This document shows positions 1 through 12,419 of a stretch of 64,000 bases of DNA, one piece after another. How positions within the stretch are numbered: the stretch's first letter is position 1; the number at the start of each line of letters is the position of its first letter. The translations under genes were made by a program, and so were the position numbers. The notes beneath the pieces were generated by a model. It searched no databases. It was given only the letters and a program-made list of their open reading frames with translations, and was not told where the DNA came from. The stretch comes from Lama guanicoe. Its lineage: Eukaryota. The stretch is taken from positions 13,672,974 through 13,736,973 of the forward strand of contig MU054187.1 of the NCBI GenBank assembly GCA_013239625.1, written 5' to 3'.

Positions 1-490
1 TTCACAAAATTCTATTGGCTCTCCCTTCAGAATACCTCCAGATTTTGGTCACCTCCACTGCTTCTACCCTTGGCCAATTCCATCATCCTGACCTAGACCT
101 TGATATTTCTGCTTCTGCCTTTGGCCTCCTGTAGCCTAATTCTCAAGCAGCTGCAGGAAAGAGCCTTTTAAGACTTAAATTAGATCATATAATTCTTTTG
201 ATCAAAACTCTGCAGTTTCTTTCCTTGCCACTCAGATTAAAAGGCAGCCAATTAACCTACCTCCCTGACCTTGTCTGCTACTACTGGTCCCCACCACCTC
301 ATCCCCAGCTACACTGGCTTCTTGGTGTCCCTGATTATAGCAGGGAAGGCTCCGCCAAGGGTTTTGCTACTGCTTTTTCCTCACCTCGGCTATTCTCCTC
401 CACCCCCTATTCCCTCGTGGCTACCTGTCTCCACCCAGTGCATGTCTTGACACAAATGTCACCTTCCCACTGAGACCTTCCTCAACCACC
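1..490 (+). mobile_element. LINE-2 fragment, continuing at ~2280-2460
   Basis: Pyrimidine-rich L2-type sequence. The distal piece ends in the L2 tail TGAATGAATGAATGAA at ~2445-2460. Confidence 0.6.
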
Positions 491-494
491 TCTC

Positions 495-1600
495 TTTATC
501 TGGATCCTCCAAGAAGCAGACTTCAAGAAGGGGTCAGATGTGCAAGGATCTTTTAAGGGGAAACACCTTTTAGGGAATTTTCAGTAGACATCTCGGAAAG
601 GCTGAGAGAATCACCAGACTGTGATGCAAGCCTGGCCCTGAGGCTAGGAGCGAGAGGAGGAGGTTGCGGTGGAGGTGTCTGAGACCATGCGGTCTATGGG
701 GCAGAGGCCTTGGCAGCATCTTCCAGCAAAGCTGAAGGGCTAGTTTTACTAGGGAAGAGTGGGCTACCTCTGCAAGCCCACAGAGTCTGGGAGAAGGGAT
801 GTGATAAGGTCAGCATCCTCAGAGGCATCCATAAAGATGTCCCCATCCCATGTTTGTTTCAGGATCTCCTGACCTTTGCATAGCAGACCTGCATTGGCTG
901 AGCTTTCAAACATCCCTGAAAGTCTGACAATTAGACCTTCAGCCTGCCCTCGGTTGTATCTTCCCTGCCACTCTAGGACAGAGAAGCCTCCTTATAAGCC
1001 ACTGGTATAGGCCCTACGACTGTCACACTTGTTGACAGACTCGCTTTCTTGTTTTCCTTCTGTAGAGCATGACTGCAGCTTAGCAGTAACTGTCAATTCC
1101 GATGTCTTTGTAGGCACTGCTCCCCTGATTTTTAACAAATGCTTTTATATTACACCTGCCACAGAGTTCTCATTCCCATCAGGACGTGGCTCCAGGCCAC
1201 CCCCAGTGAAATCTTTAGCAATGGGGGTGCTATCTTGTGTCAGGCACTGTTGGTGTCTTGCTTACCAACAAGTACAGGAAGCTCTCTGCCTGCTGCCTGT
1301 TTACCTAAACCAAGCCCAGACGCCTATCTCCACTGGTGGTACCGCTTTTGTTAGTCCAGGACTTCCAAGAGGCGGACACCAATATTACGTGCATGGATTT
1401 TATTAGGGGAAGTTCTTGTGTTGCAAGAATTGACCCCATTGAGGGGGAAGAAAAAGAAGGCTGGATGAGAGCATCCCAGAATGCCACGCAGACTGAGGAA
1501 GGTTCGGAAAAACCCTCAGGTTGTCCTCAAGCCAAAGTCAGCTGTCAGAGGATCCCATGTGTCCCAGGAATGCACTTTCCTTAATGCAGCAGCTGGTGCC
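495..1600 (-). mobile_element. Degraded ERVL-class element (LTR - internal - LTR)
   Basis: Two related LTR-like starts (~497 TCTGGATCCTCCAAGAAGCAGAC..TGCAAGGATCTTTTAAGGGGA; ~1349 TGTTAGTCCAGGACTTCCAAGAGGCGGAC..TGCATGGATTTTATTAGGGGA). A GGTACC junction precedes the second, with an internal-like segment between. Confidence 0.5.
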
Positions 1601-1607
1601 CTTGAAC

Positions 1608-2201
1608 TTGGTAGTGTATATAATGTCCCCCCCAGAGATGTCCACAGCCTCATCCCTAGGATCTGTGAATGTTCCATTGCATAGTAGAAAGGGATTTTAC
1701 GAATATAATTAAAGTTAGAGACCGTAAGGTAGGGAGATTATCCTGGATAAGAGATCAGTTTAACCACATGAACCCTTAAAAGCAACGACCTTTCTCCTGC
1801 TAGAGGCAGAAGACCTGTAACAGAAGGGTAAGTCAGAGAAATTCAAAGCATGAGAAGGACTCACAGTGCTGTTGCAGGAATGCAGGTGGGCCTGTAGGAG
1901 CTGAGAGATGGTTCCGCTGGCAGCCAGCAAGGAAACGAGGACTTCAGTCCTACAACTGCAAGGAACCAACTCTGCCGAAGACCTGAGTGCACTGGGAAGC
2001 AAATTCTCCTCCAGAGTCCACAGAGAAGAGTCCAGGCCTGCCCACATCTTACTTACAGCCCACTGAGACCCAGAGCAGAGGAACCGGCCACGCCAGCCCA
2101 AGGCTTCTGACCTACAGCAACTGTGAGATAGTACGTATGTGCTGTTTTGAGCTGCAACGTTTGGGGTAACTCATTACAGCAGCAGAAGAAACAAAGCCAC
2201 A
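1608..2201 (+). mobile_element. MaLR solo LTR (MLT1D-like)
   Basis: Characteristic MLT1 blocks: ATAATGTCCCCCCAGAGATGTCCAC, GGGAGATTATCCTGGAT, CAGCCAGCAAGGAAAC, CTTCTGACCTACAG-AACTGTGAGATA, TTACAGCAGCAGAAGAAAC. Confidence 0.8.
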
Positions 2202-4079
2202 CTCTCTATAGCTGGAGATCTGTGAGGCTCATTCTCCAGGCCTCCACTCCATCCTATTGAGAGGTTGAGTCCAGCCCTTTCTCCCTAGACTTCCCCCTGC
2301 CTTATTCCCCTTATATCGTATAGCACATAGCGCCTTCTAACAACTTATATAATTTCCTGATTGGTTGGGTGTATTGTCTGTTTCTTTCCACAAGGAAAAG
2401 CACCTGGAGCATAAGAAAAGGCTGTTTAAAATTCAATTTAAAATTGAATGAATGAATGAAAGACTGTTAATTTTGCCACATTTCCATTGGCTTTGGATTG
2501 TGGCAGTAGGCAATTGACTCCATGGGATGTGGGTCAAGAAGTCCAAGAATAGAAGAATATAAAGCTATAAAAAATGACTGTCAGTGCCACTGACCTGCTC
2601 GATGGATTTTGGTGGTCACGGGTCATCTGAGCAGCAGTGTGTCCTGGGTGTGTGCTCACAGAGTGATTAGTAATTTGTTGCAGAGGACACCCAGCTACAA
2701 ATCTTTTGGTTCATTGATTGTCAAAGACATGGCTAGACCCTCCCTCTGGGATATCCTGGAGCCACCCATTTAGTCCACGAAAGCTGGTAAACCTTGGCTT
2801 TAGCATTTGCTAGTTTACATGATCTGGGTATTCTGCTGAGGTCACTCGCCTGAGGTCCAGGTGATACAATATCCAGTTTAGAGATAAACCGAAGCTCAGA
2901 AAGATAGTCATTTGCTCAGCCATGCAAATAATTAGAAGCAGAGCCTGCACTCAGCTCCATGGTTTTTAATTTCAAATTCCATGTTCCTCGCATTGTGACA
3001 TGTTGCCTTTTGGTTTGATGGGTCTTAAAAATGATGAATGAGAAAGAAGGCATATAGAAACAGGGAAACTGGTTTAAGAGATCTGAGTGTGGAAGAGTGA
3101 GATTTCAAGAAAAGAAAAAAAAAATAGGGCATAATGCATTTAGAATGAGTACCAAAAAGCTTTATTTTTGAACATGGCTAAAAACAGACTGCGAACATTA
3201 ATTATGTACACAATCATTGGTGATTCACTCAGATAGTTTATTAACCTGGATATGACCCTGAGAAAACTAATGAGAACCATGACTCTAGATGACCTTTTCT
3301 CAATGCACTGAGTACAAAATAAGGGGAGAATCATAAGCATTGCTGAAGTCAGAGCATCTTAAATTATCCTCTCTCGTCAAGCCCACTGGCTTTCACCTGA
3401 CTAGAGCAGGACATGGAGCACAGTGACGAGGCTTTCCTTATATCCCGTGCTCACCGCTACCCAGCTGCTCTTCTAAAATGGAGGCCGCCATGATGGTTCC
3501 TATAACATGGATGGTTAAAATATAACGGGAGGACATGCGTGAAAGTAATACTTGGTCATTTTAGAAAATTTGAAAAATAGACAGAAATATAAAGAGTAGG
3601 AAAAATGTTGTCCAAGGTGCTACCTTCCACAGTCACTTCCTATTACATTTTAGTTTACCTCTGTCCAATTCATGTTTGTGGCTTTTTGCATATTATAAAT
3701 AAAACTGAAGTATTTTAAATTCTCTCTCCCCAGCTCCGTTTTCTTCTGTCCCCAGTGCCAGCCACTTTCAAAACTGGCACACATCCTTCAAGGTAATATT
3801 TTATATTTTTGTTATATACACATTTGTATGATATTATTTTGAGGTTTTGAAATTTTTGCATAAATGCTACCATACTGTGCTAAAGCCCTCTTCAACTAAG
3901 GTTTTTTTTTCATTCAGACTATTTTTTTAATCTATCCTTATTGTCAAAAGTGAATGCATTTCTCATGGATTTTAACTGCAAGATAATATTTCATTATATG
4001 ACTACACCATAATTTATTTATTCCTCTGAATAACATTGAGTTCTTTTCAATTTTCCTCTTATATTTAAAAAACACTCTA

Positions 4080-4228
4080 CGTGTGTAACTACGGATGGTT
4101 GTGGATATTACCTAGCTTATTGTTGTGATCATTTAGCAATGTATACAAATATCAAATCGTTATTTTGTCCACCTGAAAGTAATCTATTACATGTCAATGA
4201 TATCTCAATGAAAATTTAAAAAACAAAA
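4080..4228 (+). mobile_element. Short L1 3'-end fragment inserted in an older antisense L1 remnant
   Basis: TTGTTGTGATCATTTAGCAATGTATACAAATATCAAATC..CACCTGAAA..TGTCAATGATATCTCAAT plus an A-rich tail is a typical L1M 3' terminus. Confidence 0.65.
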
Positions 4229-7194
4229 TTCTTTCACATTAAAAATAAATAAATAAATCTTGTCCTAGTTATTGGTCACATACTTGGCGACTTCCCTTGT
4301 TGGCTGTTATTAGTGGTGAATATTCCCTTCAAGCCCCATAACCAACCCCAGTTCCCTTTCTTTCTCTTTCTTCTTGGAGAAAAAGGCAGTGACAATGATT
4401 AAGGTAACACTGTGGCTCTGTGAAATGTGTCTTAGAAATGCTCAGCATAAAAATAAAGTCCTAAGTTTCTGGATGGAAAGGTAAGAGTGTCCGCATTACA
4501 GTCCTGTGTACTTACTGCTCCAGCCCACTCCTCCTCACCCCTGATGGGACAGCCATACTGAATGATCAAAGACATTAATATTTGCTCATGCTATTCTCTA
4601 CATAAAATTACTTCACCCCTCCCCACACCCACCTCTTTTATATGTACTCCCTGAAAAAATTCATCCATGCTTAAGGAGTCAACTTTGAAGCATTTCCTAA
4701 TCCTTTCAGATAGAATTGGTAGATTAGTTAGTATTAACTGCTTTATGTATATATAAATAAAGTTCTTTATTCGGTTCCAGAGAGGTAAGATGCTCAGCCT
4801 CTCTGTGCAGATAATACTAGTACGTATTTCTTATTGTTGCTGGTTCAAGAATTAAATGAGTTAATACTTATCTGCTACTTTGATCAGGACAGTTAGTAAG
4901 AGCTTAAAATTTTTAGCTGTTATTGTTTTCATTGCTATTTGTAGATCTTTGCATAAAGCCTGCATTGCCTTAATGACTACAGCTTTATAATTAATGTTGA
5001 TATCTGCCAGGCCAAGTCGTTTTCCTATTTTATTTTTTAATTAAAAATTTCTTAACTATTTTAAGCATTTTCCCTTTGAAGTCATAAGATAAGCATTTTC
5101 CTATGTCCTGAAATATTGTTGGTTAAAATATTTTTTAATGATTGCAAATATTCCATCATACACTAAGTTACTTATTCATTTTCCTGATTTTGGACCTTGT
5201 AATGTTACAGTTTTTCACTGTTGTCAGCAATGCTATGACAAAAATTTTTACATAAGTTTTAATCTGTATTTCATATTACTTTAAGATGGAGCTCTCAAAA
5301 GTAGAATTATTGAGTGGAAGTGGGTGGAACGCAGGAGCTAAGGGTATCAAAGGCCAGTCAGTTTTTACATTTTTGAAACAATAAACTGTTAATATAAATA
5401 TCTGTTAGACTAGCACTTCTAAATGTTGTATATTCTCTGACCAGTAGATCCCATGATTATCTGTCCATTGATGTACCTTTTTTGCTGTAAAAGTTGGAGG
5501 CAATGATACATAGGGTCTATGTCAGTAAATCAAATACTCTATAATCCTAGCATGATGCAGGCTAAAATAGTGCCTAGAGAAAAGGAAATTTCATAGCTGG
5601 AATATGATTCAATTCCCATAAGGACAAAAGTGTTGACCTTTTCAAGACAGAATCTTTTCAGGGTAATCAGCTTGTCCCCAAGTGGCTGAGTAGTTTCCTC
5701 GAAGATGATAAGGTATTGGAGGCTTAAAGTCAGTCTTGTGTTTCTTGAATTCGGGACCCCTAGGCCCCATACTATTGAATGCTCTAGGTTTAAATCCAGT
5801 ATTTTGGAGTGAAGTTGAAATTATTGATAATATTTGCACCAAAATCACTTTCGATTTGAGTTGACGTTGTAAAGAATTCTTAGTATTTATAGTACGCGGC
5901 TCTGGTTTTAGAATGCTGATGGGTCCTCCGGTGATATAATAGGAAAACTGTTTGTGGTGATGACCACCATGAAGGGAAGGAACATGTGCGCATAATGTCA
6001 TTAAGAGGGATGCAGGTCACTTTTGTAAAAACAGGACAAAACAAGTTACTTAGTGTGATAGACCCAAACAGACGAAGATGAATAAAATTTTGGTGATAGC
6101 TATTTTAACACCTAAAAAGAAAAGAATTCCCCATTTTCATATAACCTTGGAGGAGATTACACAGGATTTAGGATCATATGCTCAGAAAGGATGTAATAAT
6201 ATTATGACATTTTAAAATTATGCTTTAGTCATTGGGCTAATCTCAAGTTTAAAAATGAAGCGATTTGTTCCATTAGACCCAAGAGATCACAGAAGCTAAT
6301 TATTCCTTCGCTTCCTCGGGCATAATCTCCCTGTCTGTTGTTTTAAGGAGCTAATTCTCTGAGGATGCTATTAGCAACTCACTTCTGCACCATTTGTCCC
6401 ACACTGGAAATAGTGCAGGTGTTATAAATGTCACTGTCTTTCCAAAGCATAAACCTCCATTAGTCATTTATATCTATGTTTTACCAGGAAATAATGTCAC
6501 TACGTGGCGATAGGATATTATTAGGGTAAGTTAAGTGGGATACTGAGGAAGTTCTAAGAGCAATGTGCACTTTCACGCCTCTGTGCCTTCGTGTGTATTG
6601 TTCCCTTGACCAGGGAGCCTCTTTACCTCTCTCTCTCTCTCTATTTCTTATGAATTTCGATGTGTATTCAAGGCCCAGATCAAATATCAGCTCTGTAAAG
6701 CCTTCTCTGTCTTCCCCAGTATAAAGCTCTCTCACCTTCCCCTTTGTTTAAACAAGTGTTTTAATACTTACCAGGCTCTGACTGTGTGTCTCTTTCTAGT
6801 TCTCTGCTGGCTTCTTATCTGTCTGCTCCATTACATTTAAACTTTTAAATTGGATCTTTCTCATCTTTGTTGCCCCAATACCCAGAACGAGGCTTGAAGC
6901 ACAGTAGACACTCAGTCTGCTTACACCGTGTGCTGTTTTTTTCTAAAGGGTTTCTCATTCCACCCACGCCGCCTTCAGTACCTGTCAACATGGATGCCTC
7001 TTTGCAAATGTTTGTAGAATTGAACAGAATCCATTTACATGTAAGACAAATATTTGATAATTATTTTAATTTTCTTAACTCTCTCTAAATGGCTCTAATA
7101 ATAGTAGATAGATGCCCATTGCCGTTACTATGAGCAGTCCATAATGGCACTTAGGAATGAATAACTGGCTTCAACTTTCTTCAATAAAAGCCCA

Positions 7195-8393
7195 TAATCT
7201 GAAACCACTATGCATGTGTACTGGAATTGGACAATTAAGTAAATGGATGGCAGAAGGTGGGAGCCAGGTTTCTCTCTGTTGGAGTGGGACGTTTCAGACA
7301 AGCAAGGAGAGAAGGCTAGAATGATCCAAGTGGAAATAGGTTAGAATTGGAAACATCAGTATGAACTCCTGTTAGGCTTAATATAAATGCAAATGTATAT
7401 GTAGGTAGATACAAATATGAGGATCATAACGTGCGTTTGTATTTCCTGGCTCAGTCAACTGAGGGGGCCTGGAGATAACACCACTCCAGCAGCAACAAGC
7501 ACGCCTAGTGCCCAGACCTTGATTTCTGTAGCATTCTCCGATAAAAAGAACCAGGGTCCTTGGAGAAATGGTTGATTAGAGAACTGGAGCAAGAGATGTA
7601 CAAGATGAGCCTGGAGCATCTTTTAGGGCCAGAAAGTAAGCAAGTACTAAAACAACCACCAATGATGGACAGGTCCAAGGGGCACAGGAGTCAGCTGAAA
7701 CAGCTCCCAATGGCTAAAGTTGCGACAATTTAAGCAACAAAATATAGTAGTGTATTATAACCTAAAGTACAAAGTATACATCTGTGAGTCCATACTGATG
7801 TAAATGATAGATAAGCAAACAGACAAACACGAAGAAGAGACAAACCTTCCCTGCAGAAGAATTTCAATAATTTATATAACTTCTCCACCCTCAAGGTGGA
7901 GCATAGTTCCTCATTCCTTAAGTGTGGGCTGCACAGGGTGACTGCCTTCCAAGGAGTGCAGGATGGAAAGATGAGGAAAGAGTAGATTTACGGTGGAGAA
8001 ACTCGACGAACTCCCTCTCAGTCAAGACCCAAGACTAACATCAGCAGTGATAAATCATAGGGATGGTCTGTGATGGGAGTGGTGCTTTTTGTCTGTGGGT
8101 CTTCTTTGATCCCTTTTCCTGTCTTCTTCTCCAAAACCCATAACTGAAGACTAATAATGAGAAAAACACCAGAAAAAAATCCCATTGGAGGTACATTCTA
8201 CTAAATACCTGGCCAGTACTCCTCAAAACTTTCAAGATCATTAAAAATAAGGGAAGTCTGAGAAGCTGTCCCAGCCAGAAAGAACCTGACCTCTGAAAGT
8301 TACACAGCATCCTGGATGGAATAGAAAAGGGACATTAGGTAAAAACTAAGGAAATCTGAATAAATTGTGGACTTCAGCTAATTTAAAAAAAAA
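7195..8393 (+). mobile_element. Old L1 (L1MC/L1MD-like) 3' UTR
   Basis: Recognisable blocks such as GAAACATCAGTATGAACTC, TCCTCAAAACTTTCAAGATCATTAAAAATAAGGGAAGTCTGAGAA, AAAACTAAGGAAATCTGAATAAA. Confidence 0.7.
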
Positions 8394-8539
8394 CTATCAG
8401 CGCATAATATAAAGAGCCAACCAGAATGTCAGATGTGGACTGGAGCATGGTGAACATTTAGCATGGATTAGGTAAATGAGTGTGGGAATGAATGGGCTTT
8501 CCTTACAGTTATGCTCCTCACCCACACATACATAGGGAC

Positions 8540-8645
8540 CAAAATCATATAAACAAAATCACATAAATCATATGAATCATATAAACATATAAACATACAT
8601 ATAAATATGTACACCCATATATGTCTAAATATGGATATAAATACT
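8540..8645. repeat. AT-rich low-complexity repeat (AAATCATAT / AAACATAT units)
   Basis: Read directly; imperfect 8-9-nt units. Confidence 0.7.
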
Positions 8646-10684
8646 AACAAGTGAGAGTAGACAATTAGATACATTTCTGGCTTATTGGTGCGATCTTTTC
8701 AAAACTGGAGCCCTTTATTTTCATTCTCCTCTCATTTCAATAGACTATAAAAATTTCATTAGGCCAAGTGATAACCCAGTTGTAAGGCTATTGGCTTCTG
8801 CATTTCTGCAAAACTCAGAGATATAGAGAAAACACTTAATCACTGTATTTACAAGCAACCACCAAGTGTGGCTGCTGATTTCTTCTCCTTGGCATCCCTG
8901 CCACAAATGACCACATGTTCATTCACGTATTTCACAGGGATGCTAGACACATTTCCACCACGTCTGACCACATGCAGCTCATTCCCCATCTAACAGGCAG
9001 ATCGATGCACAGAAACAAACTGCAGCCAACATCAAGGAAGGCTTCACCAAAGAGCTTCGATTCAGCTGGACTTGAAAGATGAATGGGCATCCAGTGGGGA
9101 AGCAATCACAGTCATACTAGACCTTGAGAAAACAGCGACTGTTAACAAGTCATTCTGTGTTTCTACATGAGGACGGAGTAGGAGAAGTCTAGGAACAAGG
9201 TTATCCTGTCTTTAGCAATAGAGGCAAAATGGTGAAGTTGGTGAGGGTTGTCTTTGATGCTTCCTGCTCTTAGGGGACATGAAGAGTGATTAGGGTCTGG
9301 TTTCATTTTTAACTTTTCTGGAATATTTTCCATCATTCTTTTCTAAAAATGCAAACATCTACATACAAATTCAGTACTTTTTTCAAGTTTTAAGTCATGC
9401 TCCTCTGCTTCATGGTTAAGAAGGGCAGTGATGTTCCAGAAGTGTCCAACCAGGTCTCCCTGGTCTCAAGGAAGAAAGAGAAATCCCCGACTCTTCTATA
9501 GAATCCTGAAGACCTGAGCGTCTCCTGAGAGCTTCCTTCCCTAAATGTGCCATCCTTTTCTCTCACACACACCCTTTCTATCTCTTCTAAATGGTATCCC
9601 AAACCCTACTCTTCCCTCGCCACCAAGACTCCCCACTTTTAGTTTCTGAATGCTTACTTCTTCTTTCATTCTGGAATTATCTCACTCCTTGGGATTGGAT
9701 CTCTTCATCTTCTAACAAAAGCTACTCTGTCCTCAAGAAAGCCCCCTCCCATCCTTCTACAGTATGATAAAACATACTGTAGAATATTTTAACTAGAAAT
9801 AATAGCTCAAATCTGTGACATCATAGAAGAATAATTCAGTGGCAGGAGTGTCCAGGCAAGTAGGAAGAAAGGGTAGCTTTTTGGTGACCTAAAAGGAGAG
9901 GCAACCACTTTCCTCAATTTTTTTCCCACGGACAAGACTGACTTACAATGTATTCCCCACAACATTGCTGTACTGGAGACATTTTTCAAAATTTAATACC
10001 AAGAGTACTTGGTATTAAACTTAAAATTTGAAAGAAGCTATACAAGGTGAAAATATATTACGAATAGTTGGAGATGGGGTGGGGGGTAGGGGTAGAGGAG
10101 CAATTTCTCCAGCTTTGGCTGATGCTGCCAGAAAGCTGACACCTAATTTGTACACATACAGGAATACTTGGCCTTTATTTAATACACCAGCCAGAGGAAA
10201 TGACCTACCATTCATGTTTCTCTGACACCCTGAGGTGAAATCTGGGCTGCCACCCAGCAGCCACCTCACACAAAGCAGGGGTGAAGGGTGAGCATCCCAA
10301 TTTTGCCACGATGGCATCTCTACCACGTGACTTGATAACCTGTGTTTAAAAAAATGTAGTCATGTGTGTTGAAATATCCTTCCAAATTAATTTATTGCCA
10401 AATCTATTCAAGGTTAAACTTTTCCCATATAAATAAAAGGCATATGAAAGTGTTAGTTTTTAACCTTTGAATTACAAGTCACTTCTTGGTCAATTCTGCC
10501 CTTGAGTCTCAATTTGTCCCTTCAGGACCATCCAAAACAAACTTAATGTCTCTTCCATATGATGGCTTTTTAAATATTTAGAAACAGCTTTTATGTCCCC
10601 AGTGTATTAGTTATCTCCCTCAGCAGCAATAGTGCAGAATTTGTTTACTGAAATAAAATGTAACTAAGATAATAGTTTACAATG

Positions 10685-11275
10685 ATTGAAAGGAGGTGTT
10701 TTTCATTTCTCTTCTCGTGGAACATTTTCCCTGGCAACCAGTCTTTCAGGATTGCCTCGGAGATGGGGGGTGACAGAGGCCACCTCGGGAAGAGCCCGAC
10801 AGCTGCAGAGAGACGAAGCTGGGAGTCCCGGAGAGGAGAACGGGGCTGAGGTAGGTGTGGCTCGCCTGTGACACCTGTGTGTTCCCACCCTACCTTTCTG
10901 GGTCAAAGTCCCAGAGTGGAAAAGCATTTAGGTAGAGGGAAGCCAAAAGCTGAGGGAGGAAATCGGCCTAACTGGCTGGCACAGGCAAGTGGCATCATGG
11001 AGGGAGCCTGGGGGAATATTCCAGAGCCACACTCGAATCCTGTGGGGGAGGAAGCAGCCCAGGGCTGCATGTACACCTTCAGGTGGGGAGCCTACCTGGC
11101 CAGAGGGCTCACAGCCCGGGGACAGGGAGCCCACGGTTGAGACTGCGGGACAGTTTGGCCAAGCTGAGATCAGTGGTGAGTCACGGCAAAACCTCAGGAG
11201 TCTTCAGCCCTTGAGAGCACCACGTTGGGGCCGAGTCATCAGAGTGAGGACCTCAGCCCCTGGCTGAACCCGTGG
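10685..11275. mobile_element. GC-richer LTR-like segment, family unassigned
   Basis: Sharp-edged ~600-bp purine- and GC-rich block in AT-rich DNA. Compositional inference only. Confidence 0.3.
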
Positions 11276-11289
11276 AACAGAGTCTGAGT

Positions 11290-11825
11290 TCACAATGTAT
11301 CCCAAAATTTTGAAGCTGACAAATGCAAAAAGCGTTACAAAGTCCAGGAAAAAAATAGCATAAAATTACTAATGAATTGCCCTACCCACTTCTACAATAT
11401 TTTTTTTCTACATTACTTGGCTGCATACTCAATCACATCTTCATATGATAATTACTTTTTAAAAATCATCTTCTGTAGAGAAAACGGAAAGGTAATAAAT
11501 TCTTTCCTCTAAAAATTGACTGTAAATTGTTTTTCTTATTAATTGTCTGACATAAAACATACGACTTCACACATATTCTGGTTGTTTGTCATACTGCTAT
11601 AGGTTTGTGCTGTGCAAATACAAAATTTTCATGAATTCTATTTTATCCAAATCCCCTAAAATTGCATAGTGTCTTTGTAATCATAGTTATACACTGTATA
11701 TTTATCTGTGTATATTTATGATAGTTTGCTATTGACAAAAGAGAACTTCTGCTTTGACCAGGTGGCATTGAGAACAACTCTTCCACTTACAATTCTACAT
11801 GTCAAAAGATAGAAATCATTTTAAT
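11290..11825. mobile_element. hAT DNA-transposon remnant (Zaphod-like)
   Basis: Recalled similarity of TTTTTCTACATTACTTGGCTGCATACTC...CTTCATATGATAA...TTCTGTAGAGAAAAC to that family. Confidence 0.35.
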
Positions 11826-12419
11826 ACGGTTATTGACCACTGGGGTTTTCAGTTCTCTGAAATGTCTGTTCATATCCATTGCCTATTTTTCTATTTTTCT
11901 TATTCATTTGGATGTATTCTTTATATATTCTTGGTAGTGCTTTCAGAATTTCCTCTAATCTGATGTCAAAGAGATGCACTGCTGTAATTTTTAAGTTAAA
12001 TTTTTTTTTCACATTCAGGCCTTTAATCTGTCTGAATTTTGTTTTCTCAAAGGTATGAGTTTATCTTTTTTGCCACAAGAAAGTAACGTTATACCATCAC
12101 CATGACTGAACAGACCATCCTTTCCTCACTGAGGTAAGGTATTATCTTTATCATAAAATGAGTCTTCATACGTATTTAGATCTAGACCACACATGCATTA
12201 GATCATAAAGTGTTGTATGTAAATTTCTGAAATAGATGGATAGTAAATGCTAGCAAAACCACAGCCCTAAAGGAGTACATTATTGTGAATGACTGAATTG
12301 GCCAGAGAGCTAGGGGACAGCATTTTGAGGTTCAAGACTTTTTAATTGTGTCAGTTTTGAAGGGATATTATTCTATATGAAGTATCCCTATTTTTAATTT
12401 ATCCTTTGAGTTACAAGTC

